Shown here piece after piece: positions 33,225 through 42,646 of a stretch of 43,376 nt of DNA (position 1 is its first letter; every line of letters begins with the position of its first letter). Origin of the DNA: a virus (lineage: Duplodnaviria; Caudoviricetes); the IMG/VR virus record IMGVR_UViG_3300027813_000025, positions 1 through 43,376 of that record. One strand, written 5' to 3'. A model generated the notes under the pieces. The model had not been told where the DNA came from. It worked only from the letters and a program-made list of their open reading frames with translations, and ran no database searches. The position numbers and the translations under genes are program-made.

Positions 33225-36200
33225 ATGAGTACACCGACATTAATGAAAATGATGGCCACTTATGGCTTGGCCAAAGAGGGTATAGGCAAAGTCAAAGGTG
33301 GAATTGACAAGGTCAAAAGTATTACGGGTACTGGCTCTGCTACAGAAAGAATGGACAACAAGATTGCCAAGGAAGCGGCGAAACAGGCGAAGATAGTTGC
33401 TAAAGATGCCGCAGACGCCCGTCACGAAGAGGCAGTTGAATATCTCCGTAAAGATGGTGAGTTTTATCAGAAGATGCTTGATAAGATGTCCATTATGTCT
33501 GAGAAAGTAGAGGTGGCGACAGAACAAAAAGCAGAAACAAGTACAACTGAGCAACCTCAAAGTTCCGAAACTAAATCCAAAGCCGTTCCTACTATCACCG
33601 CCGGCAGTTCAATTGGTAAATCACCAGATTCTTCTAGTGTAAAACCAACTGAAGGTGGTGTCGTACTGAATACAGATGAAGCAATGCCTGTTACTAATGA
33701 GGCATTGAATGAATTACTAGAAGGCCAAAAAGAATTACTTGCTATTGATGCCCGAAGAGATAAGCGTGAAATCAAAGCAGAACGTAGAGCATTAGAAGAC
33801 CGTAGAGATAAAAAGGGACTGGGATTGCCCAAAAAGAAAGGTGCGCCTCTGTTGAATAAGAAAGAGGCAGGTGGTTTATTTTCTACAATCGCTTCTGGAC
33901 TTGGCGCTATGCTTAGTGGACCAGTTGGCAGAATTGGATTAGCAGTTGCTGGTATGGCTACGGGTCTAACTGCTCTGAAGATGATGCTCAATAAAATTCC
34001 TGGAGTAAACCTCAAGGTCGATGACCCTGATAAAAAAGGACCAAAGAAGACCGTACCAAAGCCCAAGCCAGGCGCAGACAAATCCTTATTGAAGGCAGCC
34101 GAAGAACAAAAAAGCAAAAACGCTAAGAAGGCGGAAATAAAAAAAGCAAACGCATTAAAGAAATTTCACGCCATCGAAGCGGCGGCAGAGAAGAAGAGGT
34201 TAGCACTCAAGCCCAATAAAGTTTCTGGTGTAGTTAAAGGCGTAGGAATTAACGGACCTGCTGGTGGTTCCAAACCAGGAATAGCAATAGACAAATCTAA
34301 AATTACAGTGGGTAGAGCCCCTAATGGGCAGTTCACTTCATTGAAACAGCCAGTGGCACCGAAGATTTCAACTGCTCCTAAGATATTCAGCAATCCACCA
34401 GGTACTCCTCGAAATATTAATACCACTCCACCGAAGATGCCAGTGTTTAAAAATCCACTAGGTTCTCCTGGAAATATTAATACCACTCCTCCAGTAAGAC
34501 CAAATAAAATATTCAGCAATCCAAGAGGAACGCCTAGAAATATTAATACGTCACGAGTACCACCAGTACCGAGAGCAGTTGCACCACCAGTACCGAGAAC
34601 TCCAATCAATGCAATGACTGTGGCTCCGAAGGGTAATATGTTGCCCAACTTTTCAAATACACGCATTGCTAACTCCAAGGTTGGAACAAAAACTGCGGAA
34701 ATTACTGCTAAAGCGGTTACAAAACTGGCAGAGAATACACCTAATATAATAAAAACTACCGCTGCCACTACGCTCAAAACTGGAGCAATGATAGCAACAA
34801 AGGCGGCTGTTCCGTTGACTATTTTGGCTACCGGGTATGAAGCCTTCACAACAGAAAATGACGATACCTTGAACAGAGATGAAAAGAATGCTAAACACAC
34901 TGGAACAGGTGGCGGATTAGCAGGGGCAACATCATTGGCTCTTGCAGGAGCCGCAGTTGGTTCAGTTGTTCCAGTAGTTGGAACTCTTCTCGGTGGACTT
35001 ACCGGGGCCGCAATAGGCTACTTTATGGGAAAATATGGTGGAGAGAAATTAGGGGAAGAGTTATTCCTTGACGGTAAAGAAATTGGTGACCCATCACTAG
35101 AAGCCTCTGCATCTGAAGGTGGTAAAGGTGGTGAGACTAAAGAAGAAATGGATATGGTATTGGCCAAGCAAGCCCAAAAATCTGGTGCAGTAGACATTGG
35201 ATGGGGTGATGCAGATATCGATGACTTAGAAAAGTTAAAAGATTTAACTACAGAACAAGTTCAGGCTCTTCTTGACGTAGAGACTTGGTCTAAAGCAGAT
35301 GAAGAAATGCTGAAGAAAGTTCTTGATGCTAAGAAAAATGGACTAACAATAACACACGATGATGGTGGTTGGTTAGGGAAAGAAAGTCTTGAATTTGAAA
35401 AGGGCTCAGACACGGCGGAAAAAGCCGCTAAACTCTCACCAGTTAAACATCTAAATGCAGATGGAACCCCATACGTTGAACCGAATACTCTTGCCGCACA
35501 AACCAAACGTGCCGAAGGTATGCCAGAAAATAATCTCGAATTGTCTAGTGGTTTTTCAGCACGTAAATTCTCACAAGAAGACCCAGAGTCATATAAAAAA
35601 TTCAAAGCGTATATGAAAGAAAACAAATCCGCTCGTAGAGAAAAGAATGAAGCGGACGGTAAGAAAGGCAGAAGATATAGAAGTACAGAAGAAATTTTCG
35701 CTAAGGCCGATGCCATAAAGTTGTTCGCTAAAGAAATCGCTCTTGCAAATGCTGCCACGTTTAGAGATAAGAGGACTAAGATAGAATATACACCTGAAAA
35801 AGATGTAGATTTAAGTAATGTCAGTGGTGTAAAACCACCAAGCCAGACACCAACTAATCCAAATATGATGGGACTAACTGCTCAAGAGTTTGAGAAAAAT
35901 ACTCCAAATGTAGATGCACAGGATGCCTTCTATAGTGCAGGTAATAATCCGGGTTCAATATACACACACGATATGCACCTAGAAAAGATTTTAAACGGAG
36001 ATGGGGATAAGGATTCGATATTCAAACTTAAAACTTTGCGACCTAATTCTCCACCTCCACTTAGTAACAGTAACTTAGCACCGGAAATAACTCCAGTTGC
36101 GAGTTCTAACCTAACACCAGTTGCCGCAGGAGATGCTCAAGCGAATGTCGGTGCTGATAAACTAAAAGAAGACACTGTTACTCCTGCAATGTCGGCTGCG

Positions 36201-36359
36201 AAGAATGGAAGTGCTGGAGGAGGGGGAACTACGGTCATTAACAACACTACTGATAATAGCCAACGTAACTCTAGCGTTAATAATCAAAACTCAACGGCTC
36301 ACGCTCCATCGAGTCCGCCGGGTATAGGACATATGGGGGTAACCACCCCAAGAGGATAA
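33225..36359 (+). CDS. Tape-measure / gp29-like baseplate hub protein, 1044 aa
   Basis: Follows gp26/gp51. Lys/Ala-rich coiled segments, Gly/Ala hydrophobic stretches (GAAVGSVVPVVGTLLGGLTGAAIG) and a C-terminal TTVINNTT..N-rich tail. Confidence 0.65.
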   Translation: MSTPTLMKMMATYGLAKEGIGKVKGGIDKVKSITGTGSATERMDNKIAKEAAKQAKIVAKDAADARHEEAVEYLRKDGEFYQKMLDKMSIMSEKVEVATEQKAETSTTEQPQSSETKSKAVPTITAGSSIGKSPDSSSVKPTEGGVVLNTDEAMPVTNEALNELLEGQKELLAIDARRDKREIKAERRALEDRRDKKGLGLPKKKGAPLLNKKEAGGLFSTIASGLGAMLSGPVGRIGLAVAGMATGLTALKMMLNKIPGVNLKVDDPDKKGPKKTVPKPKPGADKSLLKAAEEQKSKNAKKAEIKKANALKKFHAIEAAAEKKRLALKPNKVSGVVKGVGINGPAGGSKPGIAIDKSKITVGRAPNGQFTSLKQPVAPKISTAPKIFSNPPGTPRNINTTPPKMPVFKNPLGSPGNINTTPPVRPNKIFSNPRGTPRNINTSRVPPVPRAVAPPVPRTPINAMTVAPKGNMLPNFSNTRIANSKVGTKTAEITAKAVTKLAENTPNIIKTTAATTLKTGAMIATKAAVPLTILATGYEAFTTENDDTLNRDEKNAKHTGTGGGLAGATSLALAGAAVGSVVPVVGTLLGGLTGAAIGYFMGKYGGEKLGEELFLDGKEIGDPSLEASASEGGKGGETKEEMDMVLAKQAQKSGAVDIGWGDADIDDLEKLKDLTTEQVQALLDVETWSKADEEMLKKVLDAKKNGLTITHDDGGWLGKESLEFEKGSDTAEKAAKLSPVKHLNADGTPYVEPNTLAAQTKRAEGMPENNLELSSGFSARKFSQEDPESYKKFKAYMKENKSARREKNEADGKKGRRYRSTEEIFAKADAIKLFAKEIALANAATFRDKRTKIEYTPEKDVDLSNVSGVKPPSQTPTNPNMMGLTAQEFEKNTPNVDAQDAFYSAGNNPGSIYTHDMHLEKILNGDGDKDSIFKLKTLRPNSPPPLSNSNLAPEITPVASSNLTPVAAGDAQANVGADKLKEDTVTPAMSAAKNGSAGGGGTTVINNTTDNSQRNSSVNNQNSTAHAPSSPPGIGHMGVTTPRG
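34380..34600 (+). repeat. Three ~20-22-aa Pro-rich repeats plus two PPVPR repeats inside the tape-measure-like gene
   Basis: KIFSNPPGTPRNINTTPP, PVFKNPLGSPGNINTTPP and KIFSNPRGTPRNINTSR; gaaatattaatac recurs three times. Confidence 0.85.
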
Positions 36360-36380
36360 CTACTACAAAAGGAAATGTAA

Positions 36381-36683
36381 ATGCAATATCAACAAATATC
36401 GGAACTTATCGATAAGTTAGGATTGCCGATTGTTGGTTTATTATTTGTAGGGTGGGGTTTCTGGAAGATTATAAAATGGTTACAAGTATCGCTAACAGAC
36501 AAAATCGATATGCAACAGAATATTATAGTGCAGTTAATTGATAGGATACGAGTATTACAGACGGACATATTAAAATTAGATACAATGATAAGAGTGAAAT
36601 ATGGCCTCGAAGTAGACGAACAGCGAATTGAACGGTCAAATGACCCCAAATACGATAAGTCAACACGAGACTGGAAACAATAG
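36381..36683 (+). CDS. Small membrane protein, possibly holin-like (one TM helix plus coiled coil)
   Basis: LGLPIVGLLFVGWGFWKII is hydrophobic and followed by heptad-like sequence. AAGGA SD upstream. Confidence 0.55.
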   Translation: MQYQQISELIDKLGLPIVGLLFVGWGFWKIIKWLQVSLTDKIDMQQNIIVQLIDRIRVLQTDILKLDTMIRVKYGLEVDEQRIERSNDPKYDKSTRDWKQ

Positions 36684-36687
36684 ATTT

Positions 36688-36695
36688 AATAAATA
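36688..36695 (+). promoter_or_regulatory. Possible variant late promoter AATAAATA upstream of the capsid-fold gene
   Basis: 7/8 match to TATAAATA in the intergenic gap, but the region is AT-rich. Confidence 0.45.
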
Positions 36696-36726
36696 GAACG
36701 ATAACGAATTAATAATAGGAATAATT

Positions 36727-37593
36727 ATGGAAAATATTCAAGAAGTAGGAACCACGAATGCTGATATCGGTACTGCCGATTTTAGTTTTAATACGCTCAT
36801 CGAAACATTTGAAGAGTTGCCAACCATCTCACTATTGAGAGCCGTGGCGGCAGTTGTTCCTATGAAAATGAGTACAGGCTCTATCATCAATCTTAAACGA
36901 GATGCGGCAACGAATTCGTTTAAGACGGTACAAGCGGCCTTAACCATCAATACTGCATCATCAAATCCAATTCAATCTGGATTATCAATGGAAGCATTAC
37001 GTGATTTGTACAACCAATATCAATTGGATGGATACAAGATTGCGGCGAATCTATTGAAGGGTATTACTGACCAGGCAGAAAATGATGCTTTCCTCGCATT
37101 TCTTAATGCCAACTCATTAAATACTCCACTGTTAACTTTGACTGCACCAGGAAATGCAGAGCAAAATTTGTTTGAAATTACTCAGAGAGTTCAAGAACTT
37201 GTTATTAAGATGAACACTCCTAACTTCAGAACATTTGATGCTTTCGCTATTCTTCCTTATAAAGTGGCAGCCGCTATATCCGCTCTAAGTGGATATGCTC
37301 GTGGAGACGATGACACTGAAGATAGATTGATTGTTAACAAGATGGGTAAGACTAGATACTACGTCAACCCAGATGTAGGAGCCACACAAGCCTATGTTGG
37401 ATTAGGTAGCAGAGATAAGAGTTCTATGGGCTCGACTTCAGTTATTATGGGTACATTCCCACAAGAACTATTACGGTCGCAGAATGTAGAATCTTTCCAA
37501 GGCAATATCGGTATTCTAAACCGTTATGCTACGGTTGCCAATCCACTATCTGTCGCTGGTTCAGAAATGTTAATGGAATTCGCAATAGCGTAA
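36727..37593 (+). CDS. Short major-capsid-fold paralogue (gp23/gp24-like, possible vertex protein), 288 aa
   Basis: VVPMKMSTGSIINLKR resembles gp23 VQPMTGPTGxIFALR. FQGNIGILNRYATVANPL resembles FQPxIGFKTRYGxxxNPF. Confidence 0.7.
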   Translation: MENIQEVGTTNADIGTADFSFNTLIETFEELPTISLLRAVAAVVPMKMSTGSIINLKRDAATNSFKTVQAALTINTASSNPIQSGLSMEALRDLYNQYQLDGYKIAANLLKGITDQAENDAFLAFLNANSLNTPLLTLTAPGNAEQNLFEITQRVQELVIKMNTPNFRTFDAFAILPYKVAAAISALSGYARGDDDTEDRLIVNKMGKTRYYVNPDVGATQAYVGLGSRDKSSMGSTSVIMGTFPQELLRSQNVESFQGNIGILNRYATVANPLSVAGSEMLMEFAIA

Positions 37594-37596
37594 ACC

Positions 37597-37626
37597 AAAA
37601 AAAGGGGCCCCTTTCGGAGCCCCTTT
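37597..37626 (-). terminator. Rho-independent terminator of the gp32 transcript, possibly bidirectional, between convergent genes
   Basis: The minus strand reads AAAGGGGCTCC-GAAA-GGGGCCCC-TTTTTTT: a GC stem, GNRA loop and U-tract. Confidence 0.9.
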
Positions 37627-37645
37627 GAAACATTTCCTGATGGAC

Positions 37646-38554
37646 TTATGCTTCGGCTAGTTTAGAAAAGTAACTCATAGTGTCATCTTCTTCTGCAGGT
37701 TCACTAGCAGTATCACCAGAAGTCCAAGGTGCTTCATCAGATGCGATATCTGAGACCTTAGCGGCTGGGGCTGATACTGATTCCGCAGTAAAAGAATCTG
37801 CCGATTCAGAACCACTTCCAATTACTCGGAAGAACTTCTTCTTCAACTCATCATAAGATTTGAACTTATCTTCAGCAATTTCAGACTCTAAAGAATACAG
37901 ACCGTTATAAAGGGTCTCCATTTCTTCTTCGCTTTCTAACCACTGAGTAGGTTCTTCAAAACCAGACTTGTCGTACTTCACAAAGCCATCTGCTTTACGA
38001 GCCTTCAATTTGAAGTTCGCTCCGCTGAATAGATTGAAGACGTTGACCGGGGTCTCATCATCAAACTCAGGCGCACCTGCGGCTTGTATCATATCAAAAA
38101 TAGACTTACCATATTTGAAAAGAAATACTTTCCCTTCATTTTCTGGATGGGCGGAATCACTAACAACATAGATGTTAGAGATATACTGAAGCCTACGCTT
38201 CCTATCTCGTGCAATCTGTTTGTTAGAATCTATACCTGAATTCCACAATTCTGAATTGGCTTCAGAAATTGGGTCTTGTTTCCCAATCGTTGTGAGAGAA
38301 TTCTCGATATACCAACCACCTTTACCTTTGAAACCGTGAGAATAGATTTTCACGAATGGAAAATCCTCTTCGGCTGGAGCATCAAGGAAGCGAATGATTG
38401 CGTAACCATTGCTTGCTTTATCTCGTTCTAACTTCCAGTAACGGTCGTCTACATAACTAGCCTTCGAACCACCACCGGCGGCTGAAAGTTTGTCCATCAT
38501 TGATTCTACGTCTTTTTTAGACTTAGAACGCTTTTTAAGAGCGGCAAAACTCAT
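37646..38554 (-). CDS. gp32: Single-stranded DNA-binding protein gp32
   Basis: MSFAALKK, DDRYWKL..DKASNGYAIIRFL, WYIENSLTT, NEGKVFLFKYGKSIFD, GANFKLK, and an acidic tail ending YFSKLAE. Confidence 0.96.
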   Translation of the reverse strand: MSFAALKKRSKSKKDVESMMDKLSAAGGGSKASYVDDRYWKLERDKASNGYAIIRFLDAPAEEDFPFVKIYSHGFKGKGGWYIENSLTTIGKQDPISEANSELWNSGIDSNKQIARDRKRRLQYISNIYVVSDSAHPENEGKVFLFKYGKSIFDMIQAAGAPEFDDETPVNVFNLFSGANFKLKARKADGFVKYDKSGFEEPTQWLESEEEMETLYNGLYSLESEIAEDKFKSYDELKKKFFRVIGSGSESADSFTAESVSAPAAKVSDIASDEAPWTSGDTASEPAEEDDTMSYFSKLAEA

Positions 38555-38624
38555 ATGTTTTCTCCTGATTTATATTAGATTTTAGGGTTACCATTATTGG
38601 CACTACCTGCTTTTGATACGTTGA

Positions 38625-38906
38625 CTAGTTTGCGGCAGTCTTTGTAGGTACCGCTTGAGGGCCTTTAGGCTTGTCTTCCGACTTTACCTTTGGACCATCA
38701 ACTGGGTCGGGTGCATCATCCCCATCCATAACGCTTTTAATCGCTTGAGCAAATCCTGCTCGTGCCATTTCCAAACGCTGAACTTCTTTGTCGATAGAAA
38801 CTAGATGTTCGATAGCAATCTTGGCCACTTGTGGCAAGGTTTCCACGTCATACTCACTTCCATCAATTCGTACAGTATTTTTCTGTACTACATTTTCATT
38901 ACTCAT
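38625..38906 (-). CDS. Small hypothetical protein (DUF6447-like)
   Basis: VRIDGSEYDVETL followed by a helix ending LEMARAGF. GGAG SD upstream. Confidence 0.6.
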   Translation of the reverse strand: MSNENVVQKNTVRIDGSEYDVETLPQVAKIAIEHLVSIDKEVQRLEMARAGFAQAIKSVMDGDDAPDPVDGPKVKSEDKPKGPQAVPTKTAAN

Positions 38907-38908
38907 AC

Positions 38909-39139
38909 TTAATTATCTCCTTCAAGATTGGTTTTAATAACATCGCTTCCGCGAATTTCTCTTTCGAGTTCTGTTGCTAGTTGCTTCATCGAATCGATTT
39001 TCGGGTCTAATCCACTAATAATTCGGCTAGGATTATCACGTTGCAATCTATTTATAGCGTAAACTTGATTGCATTCATCAACTAAGGCTAGTAACTTTAT
39101 AGTGACATCTTCATCACTGTGGATTCGACCTATACTCAA
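38909..39139 (-). CDS. Hypothetical protein
   Basis: TTG start with a GGAGG SD about 9 nt upstream. Fits the operon spacing. Confidence 0.6.
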   Translation of the reverse strand: MSIGRIHSDEDVTIKLLALVDECNQVYAINRLQRDNPSRIISGLDPKIDSMKQLATELEREIRGSDVIKTNLEGDN

Positions 39140-39197
39140 CTTCTTACACCTCCAGCTAGTTCATCGGACTTTCTCGTAGTGCTTCATTATAATATCC

Positions 39198-39226
39198 ATT
39201 ATACACTCTTATTTACCCATTGTCAA
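39198..39226 (-). promoter_or_regulatory. Perfect sigma70-type promoter TTGACA-N17-TATAAT overlapping the thyX stop, upstream of the gp32 cluster
   Basis: tgtcaa at 39221-39226, attata at 39198-39203, 17-bp spacer, with an A-tract upstream. Confidence 0.88.
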
Positions 39227-40198
39227 GTGTTTTTTTACATTAATTGCATATTTTCTCACTTCTAATTGGGCGTGAGGGTCTTCCCGTAGTTCAATCAATC
39301 TCCTATAAGCAAAGATTGACCCAGTTTCGACAAACTCAGTATACATCGATTGAGGTAAAACTGACCGTGCTTGTTCAGGACAAATGTTCTCATCGTTCAT
39401 CAATTCGTTATATTTAGATGTTATGCTCTCAGTCGCATTGGCAATCCATCCCTGCATATCTCCAGAATGTCTATGAACTTCGTTAGAAGAACCTTGTTTA
39501 ACAGATGGTGCCTGAAGTCTCCATTCATTTGGAATAAAGAACTCTGGAGCATCCGAAACGTAGCGTCTACTAACTTCATTTCTAGTAAATCCAATCTGGT
39601 GCTTATACCACTGCCTAGCAATAAAGATAGGCATCTTAATACGGAACTGAGCGACCTTTAGTTTTTGAGCATTCCATCCAAGTCCTTCATATAACTCTAT
39701 TTTATTCCACCAATCATTATCAACATCAGCCAACATAGGTGTCCAGTCTTCGACCAAATGTGGGTCAGCAGATTTGAATATAGGAACATTGAAGGCTCTC
39801 AAACTGAGTTCGTTGTTTGCCCACATTGATTTGGTAATGACGCCGTGTTTGATGAACGCATAGAGAGAACCACGCTCATAGAACCTGACACCACCATCTC
39901 CCATACTAATGACTGCACGAACAAATTGTTCATCGGCAGACTTAGCACACCACACAACATAATCTTGATTAGTCATTTTTCGCTCAAGCATATATTGAGC
40001 GTGGGAAAACGGAGTCCAATGTTGATGCTTGGCTAGATAGTTAATTAGTCCAGCATCTTTATCTTGAACTTCGGTGTGGATTTTGTGCATAGAAACCCTG
40101 GCCGCATTAACTACCTGCAGGTCAGAGGGTTCAATTGGAAGTCTTTCAATTGAAGAAACTCCATCCCCCAATGGGTCTAAAATACCAAGGCTACGCAT
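39209..40198 (-). CDS. thyX: FAD-dependent thymidylate synthase ThyX with a ~110-aa insertion
   Basis: DLQVVNAARVS, LINYLAKHQHWTPF, FRIKMPIFIARQWYKHQIGFTRNEVSRRYV, PEQARSVLPQSMYTE and HAQLEVR. Confidence 0.93.
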   Translation of the reverse strand: MRSLGILDPLGDGVSSIERLPIEPSDLQVVNAARVSMHKIHTEVQDKDAGLINYLAKHQHWTPFSHAQYMLERKMTNQDYVVWCAKSADEQFVRAVISMGDGGVRFYERGSLYAFIKHGVITKSMWANNELSLRAFNVPIFKSADPHLVEDWTPMLADVDNDWWNKIELYEGLGWNAQKLKVAQFRIKMPIFIARQWYKHQIGFTRNEVSRRYVSDAPEFFIPNEWRLQAPSVKQGSSNEVHRHSGDMQGWIANATESITSKYNELMNDENICPEQARSVLPQSMYTEFVETGSIFAYRRLIELREDPHAQLEVRKYAINVKKHLTMGK

Positions 40199-40448
40199 TT
40201 TTTACGTATCCATTAAATGTTTCATTAAGAAGTTGTTTTGACCCCTCACTAGCATTTAGCATATCGATTAACATTGTATAATCCCGTCTGGCATCGGTAC
40301 TAGTACCATACATTAGATTTGTTTCTACTAGAACATCATTAAGCATAAAACTCAAGGCTAACATATGTTGCCCCTCGTACTTCACGCCTTTGAGATTCAT
40401 CTTTGTTAGATTGACCTCTGTTTGGTCGCTGTCATTCATCTGAGGCAT
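40191..40448 (-). CDS. Hypothetical protein
   Basis: 85-aa ORF overlapping both neighbours by a few bases in operon fashion. Confidence 0.55.
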   Translation of the reverse strand: MPQMNDSDQTEVNLTKMNLKGVKYEGQHMLALSFMLNDVLVETNLMYGTSTDARRDYTMLIDMLNASEGSKQLLNETFNGYVKNA

Positions 40449-41058
40449 TTAAAAATACTCCTTTCATTATATTACCATAATTATTATCATCTAACTTTAA
40501 GAACTCAGAATATCTATCATATCGGTATTGTTCAGAAGGGAAAATATAAGAGTCAATTATATTCTTGGCGATTCGTTTGCTAAATTTTAACACTGAATCC
40601 ATTATAATATATGACTCTACCTCTATCATCCTTTGCTGAACAAATCGAAATATGATAGGATGTTCTCCATCCTCTACATCAAACAATCTGTCGAACCCCA
40701 ATCCACGAGCGATTAAGAATTCATTAACTTCCTTCAAGTCTTCTTCAAATATGTAGTTAAGAGATTGAACCCTTTTCTTCCATTTGAAGTAGACATCCTC
40801 ACTTTCTTTGCTATGTAAATTCCCTATCCAAACTGCATCACTTCCGTGATATGCAAAATTGGCTACGAAATATTGTAGCAAATCTTTCTTCTGCTTGTTC
40901 CCTAAAGCCTCAAAGAAGAACTTATCGTTCCGCCTTTCGTAGGTCGAAACATTTAAACTTCTCATTTTTCCATTATACTTAACATAATTATAGTCGTTAT
41001 GTATACTGAAATGTTGCTTCAAGGAAACATACAATTTATATGCTTCAAATCCTGTCAC
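40432..41058 (-). CDS. gp59: Helicase loader gp59
   Basis: GFEAYKLYVSLKQHF..YNYVKYNGK, RNDKFFF, YFVANF and GEHPII. Confidence 0.9.
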   Translation of the reverse strand: MTGFEAYKLYVSLKQHFSIHNDYNYVKYNGKMRSLNVSTYERRNDKFFFEALGNKQKKDLLQYFVANFAYHGSDAVWIGNLHSKESEDVYFKWKKRVQSLNYIFEEDLKEVNEFLIARGLGFDRLFDVEDGEHPIIFRFVQQRMIEVESYIIMDSVLKFSKRIAKNIIDSYIFPSEQYRYDRYSEFLKLDDNNYGNIMKGVFLNASDE

Positions 41059-41285
41059 AATGGCAATACACTACCTGGTTCTTCGTCATCTGCAATTTGA
41101 TTATTCTTTATTGCTTCTGCACTAACTTTCACAAGAAACGCAGGAGAGATTAACTTCGCTACTGCTTTTGGTTCTATCTGGTGTTCAACCATATACTCAA
41201 CCATTGCATCGACATAGGACACTCCTCCGTCAATTCGTTCTTCAATCAATAGTTGAAACGCTTGTTGTTTATTCACTTTTCTCAT
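41055..41285 (-). CDS. gp33: Late transcription co-activator gp33
   Basis: SYVDAMVEY..EHQIEPKAVAKLISP...EA..N, ending LPL; adjacent to gp59 as in T4. Confidence 0.85.
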   Translation of the reverse strand: MRKVNKQQAFQLLIEERIDGGVSYVDAMVEYMVEHQIEPKAVAKLISPAFLVKVSAEAIKNNQIADDEEPGSVLPL

Positions 41286-41722
41286 TAATATTTCCCCTTC
41301 CCTGGAATTACATTTCTGATTCCCCCGGTGGGGTCCTCGCCAATATCGTCTTTTCTTCTAGGAATAAGATGGACGTGGGCGTGTTCAATTGTCTGACCAG
41401 CGGCGGCGCCGTTATTAAATCCTACATTGAAACCAGTAATTGTGGCATCTATTTTCATCAATTCTTCCTTTGAGTAGTTAAGAATTTCGTGTAGAGCCAG
41501 CACTTCTTTTCTACTTAAATCAAATATCTCGGCTGTGTGTCTTTTAGGTATCAACAAAGTATGATACTGAGTCACCGGGAAATTGTCTCGTACTGCAATG
41601 AACAAATCATTCTTAACAATTGACTTGCCCTCTGTAGTGTAGAATTGTTGTTCTCCAGAGAAAACTTGACTATGGAGCCAAACAACTTCGTGCTTAATAT
41701 TACAAAATATACAATCTTTCAT
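41285..41722 (-). CDS. HIT-family nucleotide hydrolase
   Basis: DCIFC, FPVTQYHTLLIPKRH and GFNVGFNNGAAAGQTIEHAHVHLIPRR (histidine triad). Confidence 0.93.
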   Translation of the reverse strand: MKDCIFCNIKHEVVWLHSQVFSGEQQFYTTEGKSIVKNDLFIAVRDNFPVTQYHTLLIPKRHTAEIFDLSRKEVLALHEILNYSKEELMKIDATITGFNVGFNNGAAAGQTIEHAHVHLIPRRKDDIGEDPTGGIRNVIPGKGKY

Positions 41723-41728
41723 AGGTTC

Positions 41729-41757
41729 ATTATAACACAGTTTCTAGTTGCGGTCAA
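41729..41757 (-). promoter_or_regulatory. sigma70-type promoter TTGACC-N17-(TGt)TATAAT directly upstream of the HIT ATG
   Basis: ggtcaa at 41752-41757 and attata at 41729-41734. Six nt (GAACCT) separate the -10 box from the ATG. Confidence 0.85.
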
Positions 41758-41950
41758 GTAGTTCTTTACAAATAATTTCACGTTCTGCGAATGGCATTTG
41801 TTCCCATCCAGCAATTTCCGATAGTGTACGCTTACAGGTCTTACAAAGGTTCTGGGCATCATTCATCTTACAATTAATCGTACCCCAACCAACACAAGGT
41901 GTTTGTGCTACACATTGGCTTATAAATTTTTCTTTACTAGTATTACTCAT
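41744..41950 (-). CDS. DUF1289-family small Cys protein
   Basis: TPCVG...C......CKTCKRTLSEIAGW..M...ER pattern. Confidence 0.8.
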   Translation of the reverse strand: MSNTSKEKFISQCVAQTPCVGWGTINCKMNDAQNLCKTCKRTLSEIAGWEQMPFAEREIICKELLDRN

Positions 41951-42640
41951 CTACGTCTCCAGTCGTTTCAAGGCTTTTTTAACTAAGATATGGACAGTCT
42001 CGCTATTCCATCCGAAAGTATCAACATACTCACAGAAGATAGGGGACTCATCCTGTCTTATTCTCTTATAGTTTCGCATCCTGGCATACGCTGTCATATA
42101 ATCATAAAGATACAGCATATCAAGGGCAACATCATTGGCATAGGCATCGATTTCGTCTGGGTCGCTCAAATAGGCGATACGCTTTTGCTCTTCGTCCATA
42201 TGTTGAGTATACGCTTGCATATAACCGCTTCCTAACCTGGCTCTTGCCTGGTCCCTATGAATCATTTCGTGTTCAAGTGTTTGTGTCACTTGGTGACGAA
42301 AGAAATCCCAATCAGTATTATTTATAGAAATGGCTCTATCTAAATTGTTTAGGACAATAACCAACTCAATGTCAGTCTCTTCTTCCTCTTCGTATGCCCA
42401 AGAGCAAAAGAATCCATTAGCCGTTAATTGATTAATACCAATATCATCATATGGATGGAGAGTAACTTCTATTCCAAACTCAAGGAATTGCTGTTGAAAT
42501 AGTACCTGATATTCTTTACCATACATAGGTCGTTCTACAACAATCTTTTCAATCAAGTCAAGTCGTGCTTCTAAAGTTTTTCTTGGTAGCACTTCATCCA
42601 TAAGTAGGTTTAACTCCATTGGTATAGGATTCTCAATCAT
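41951..42640 (-). CDS. Hypothetical protein with HExxH zinc-metallopeptidase-like motif, about 229 aa
   Basis: TLEHEMIHRDQ and YLSDPDEIDAYA. Start moved to ATG 42640, immediately after a consensus promoter. Confidence 0.7.
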   Translation of the reverse strand: MIENPIPMELNLLMDEVLPRKTLEARLDLIEKIVVERPMYGKEYQVLFQQQFLEFGIEVTLHPYDDIGINQLTANGFFCSWAYEEEEETDIELVIVLNNLDRAISINNTDWDFFRHQVTQTLEHEMIHRDQARARLGSGYMQAYTQHMDEEQKRIAYLSDPDEIDAYANDVALDMLYLYDYMTAYARMRNYKRIRQDESPIFCEYVDTFGWNSETVHILVKKALKRLET

Positions 42641-42646
42641 AGGTAC

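Noticed and set aside
38555-38624. gp32 autoregulatory operator or pseudoknot
   Set aside because: Only a weak hairpin (TGCCA-ATAA-TGGTA) and a short AT-rich tract are visible, which is not enough to support the T4-type structure.
39655-39990. Intein in ThyX
   Set aside because: No Cys/Ser start with His-Asn end followed by Cys/Ser/Thr, and no LAGLIDADG motifs.
41285-41722. HAHVH in the HIT protein as part of the HxH virion system
   Set aside because: It is the canonical histidine-triad catalytic motif.
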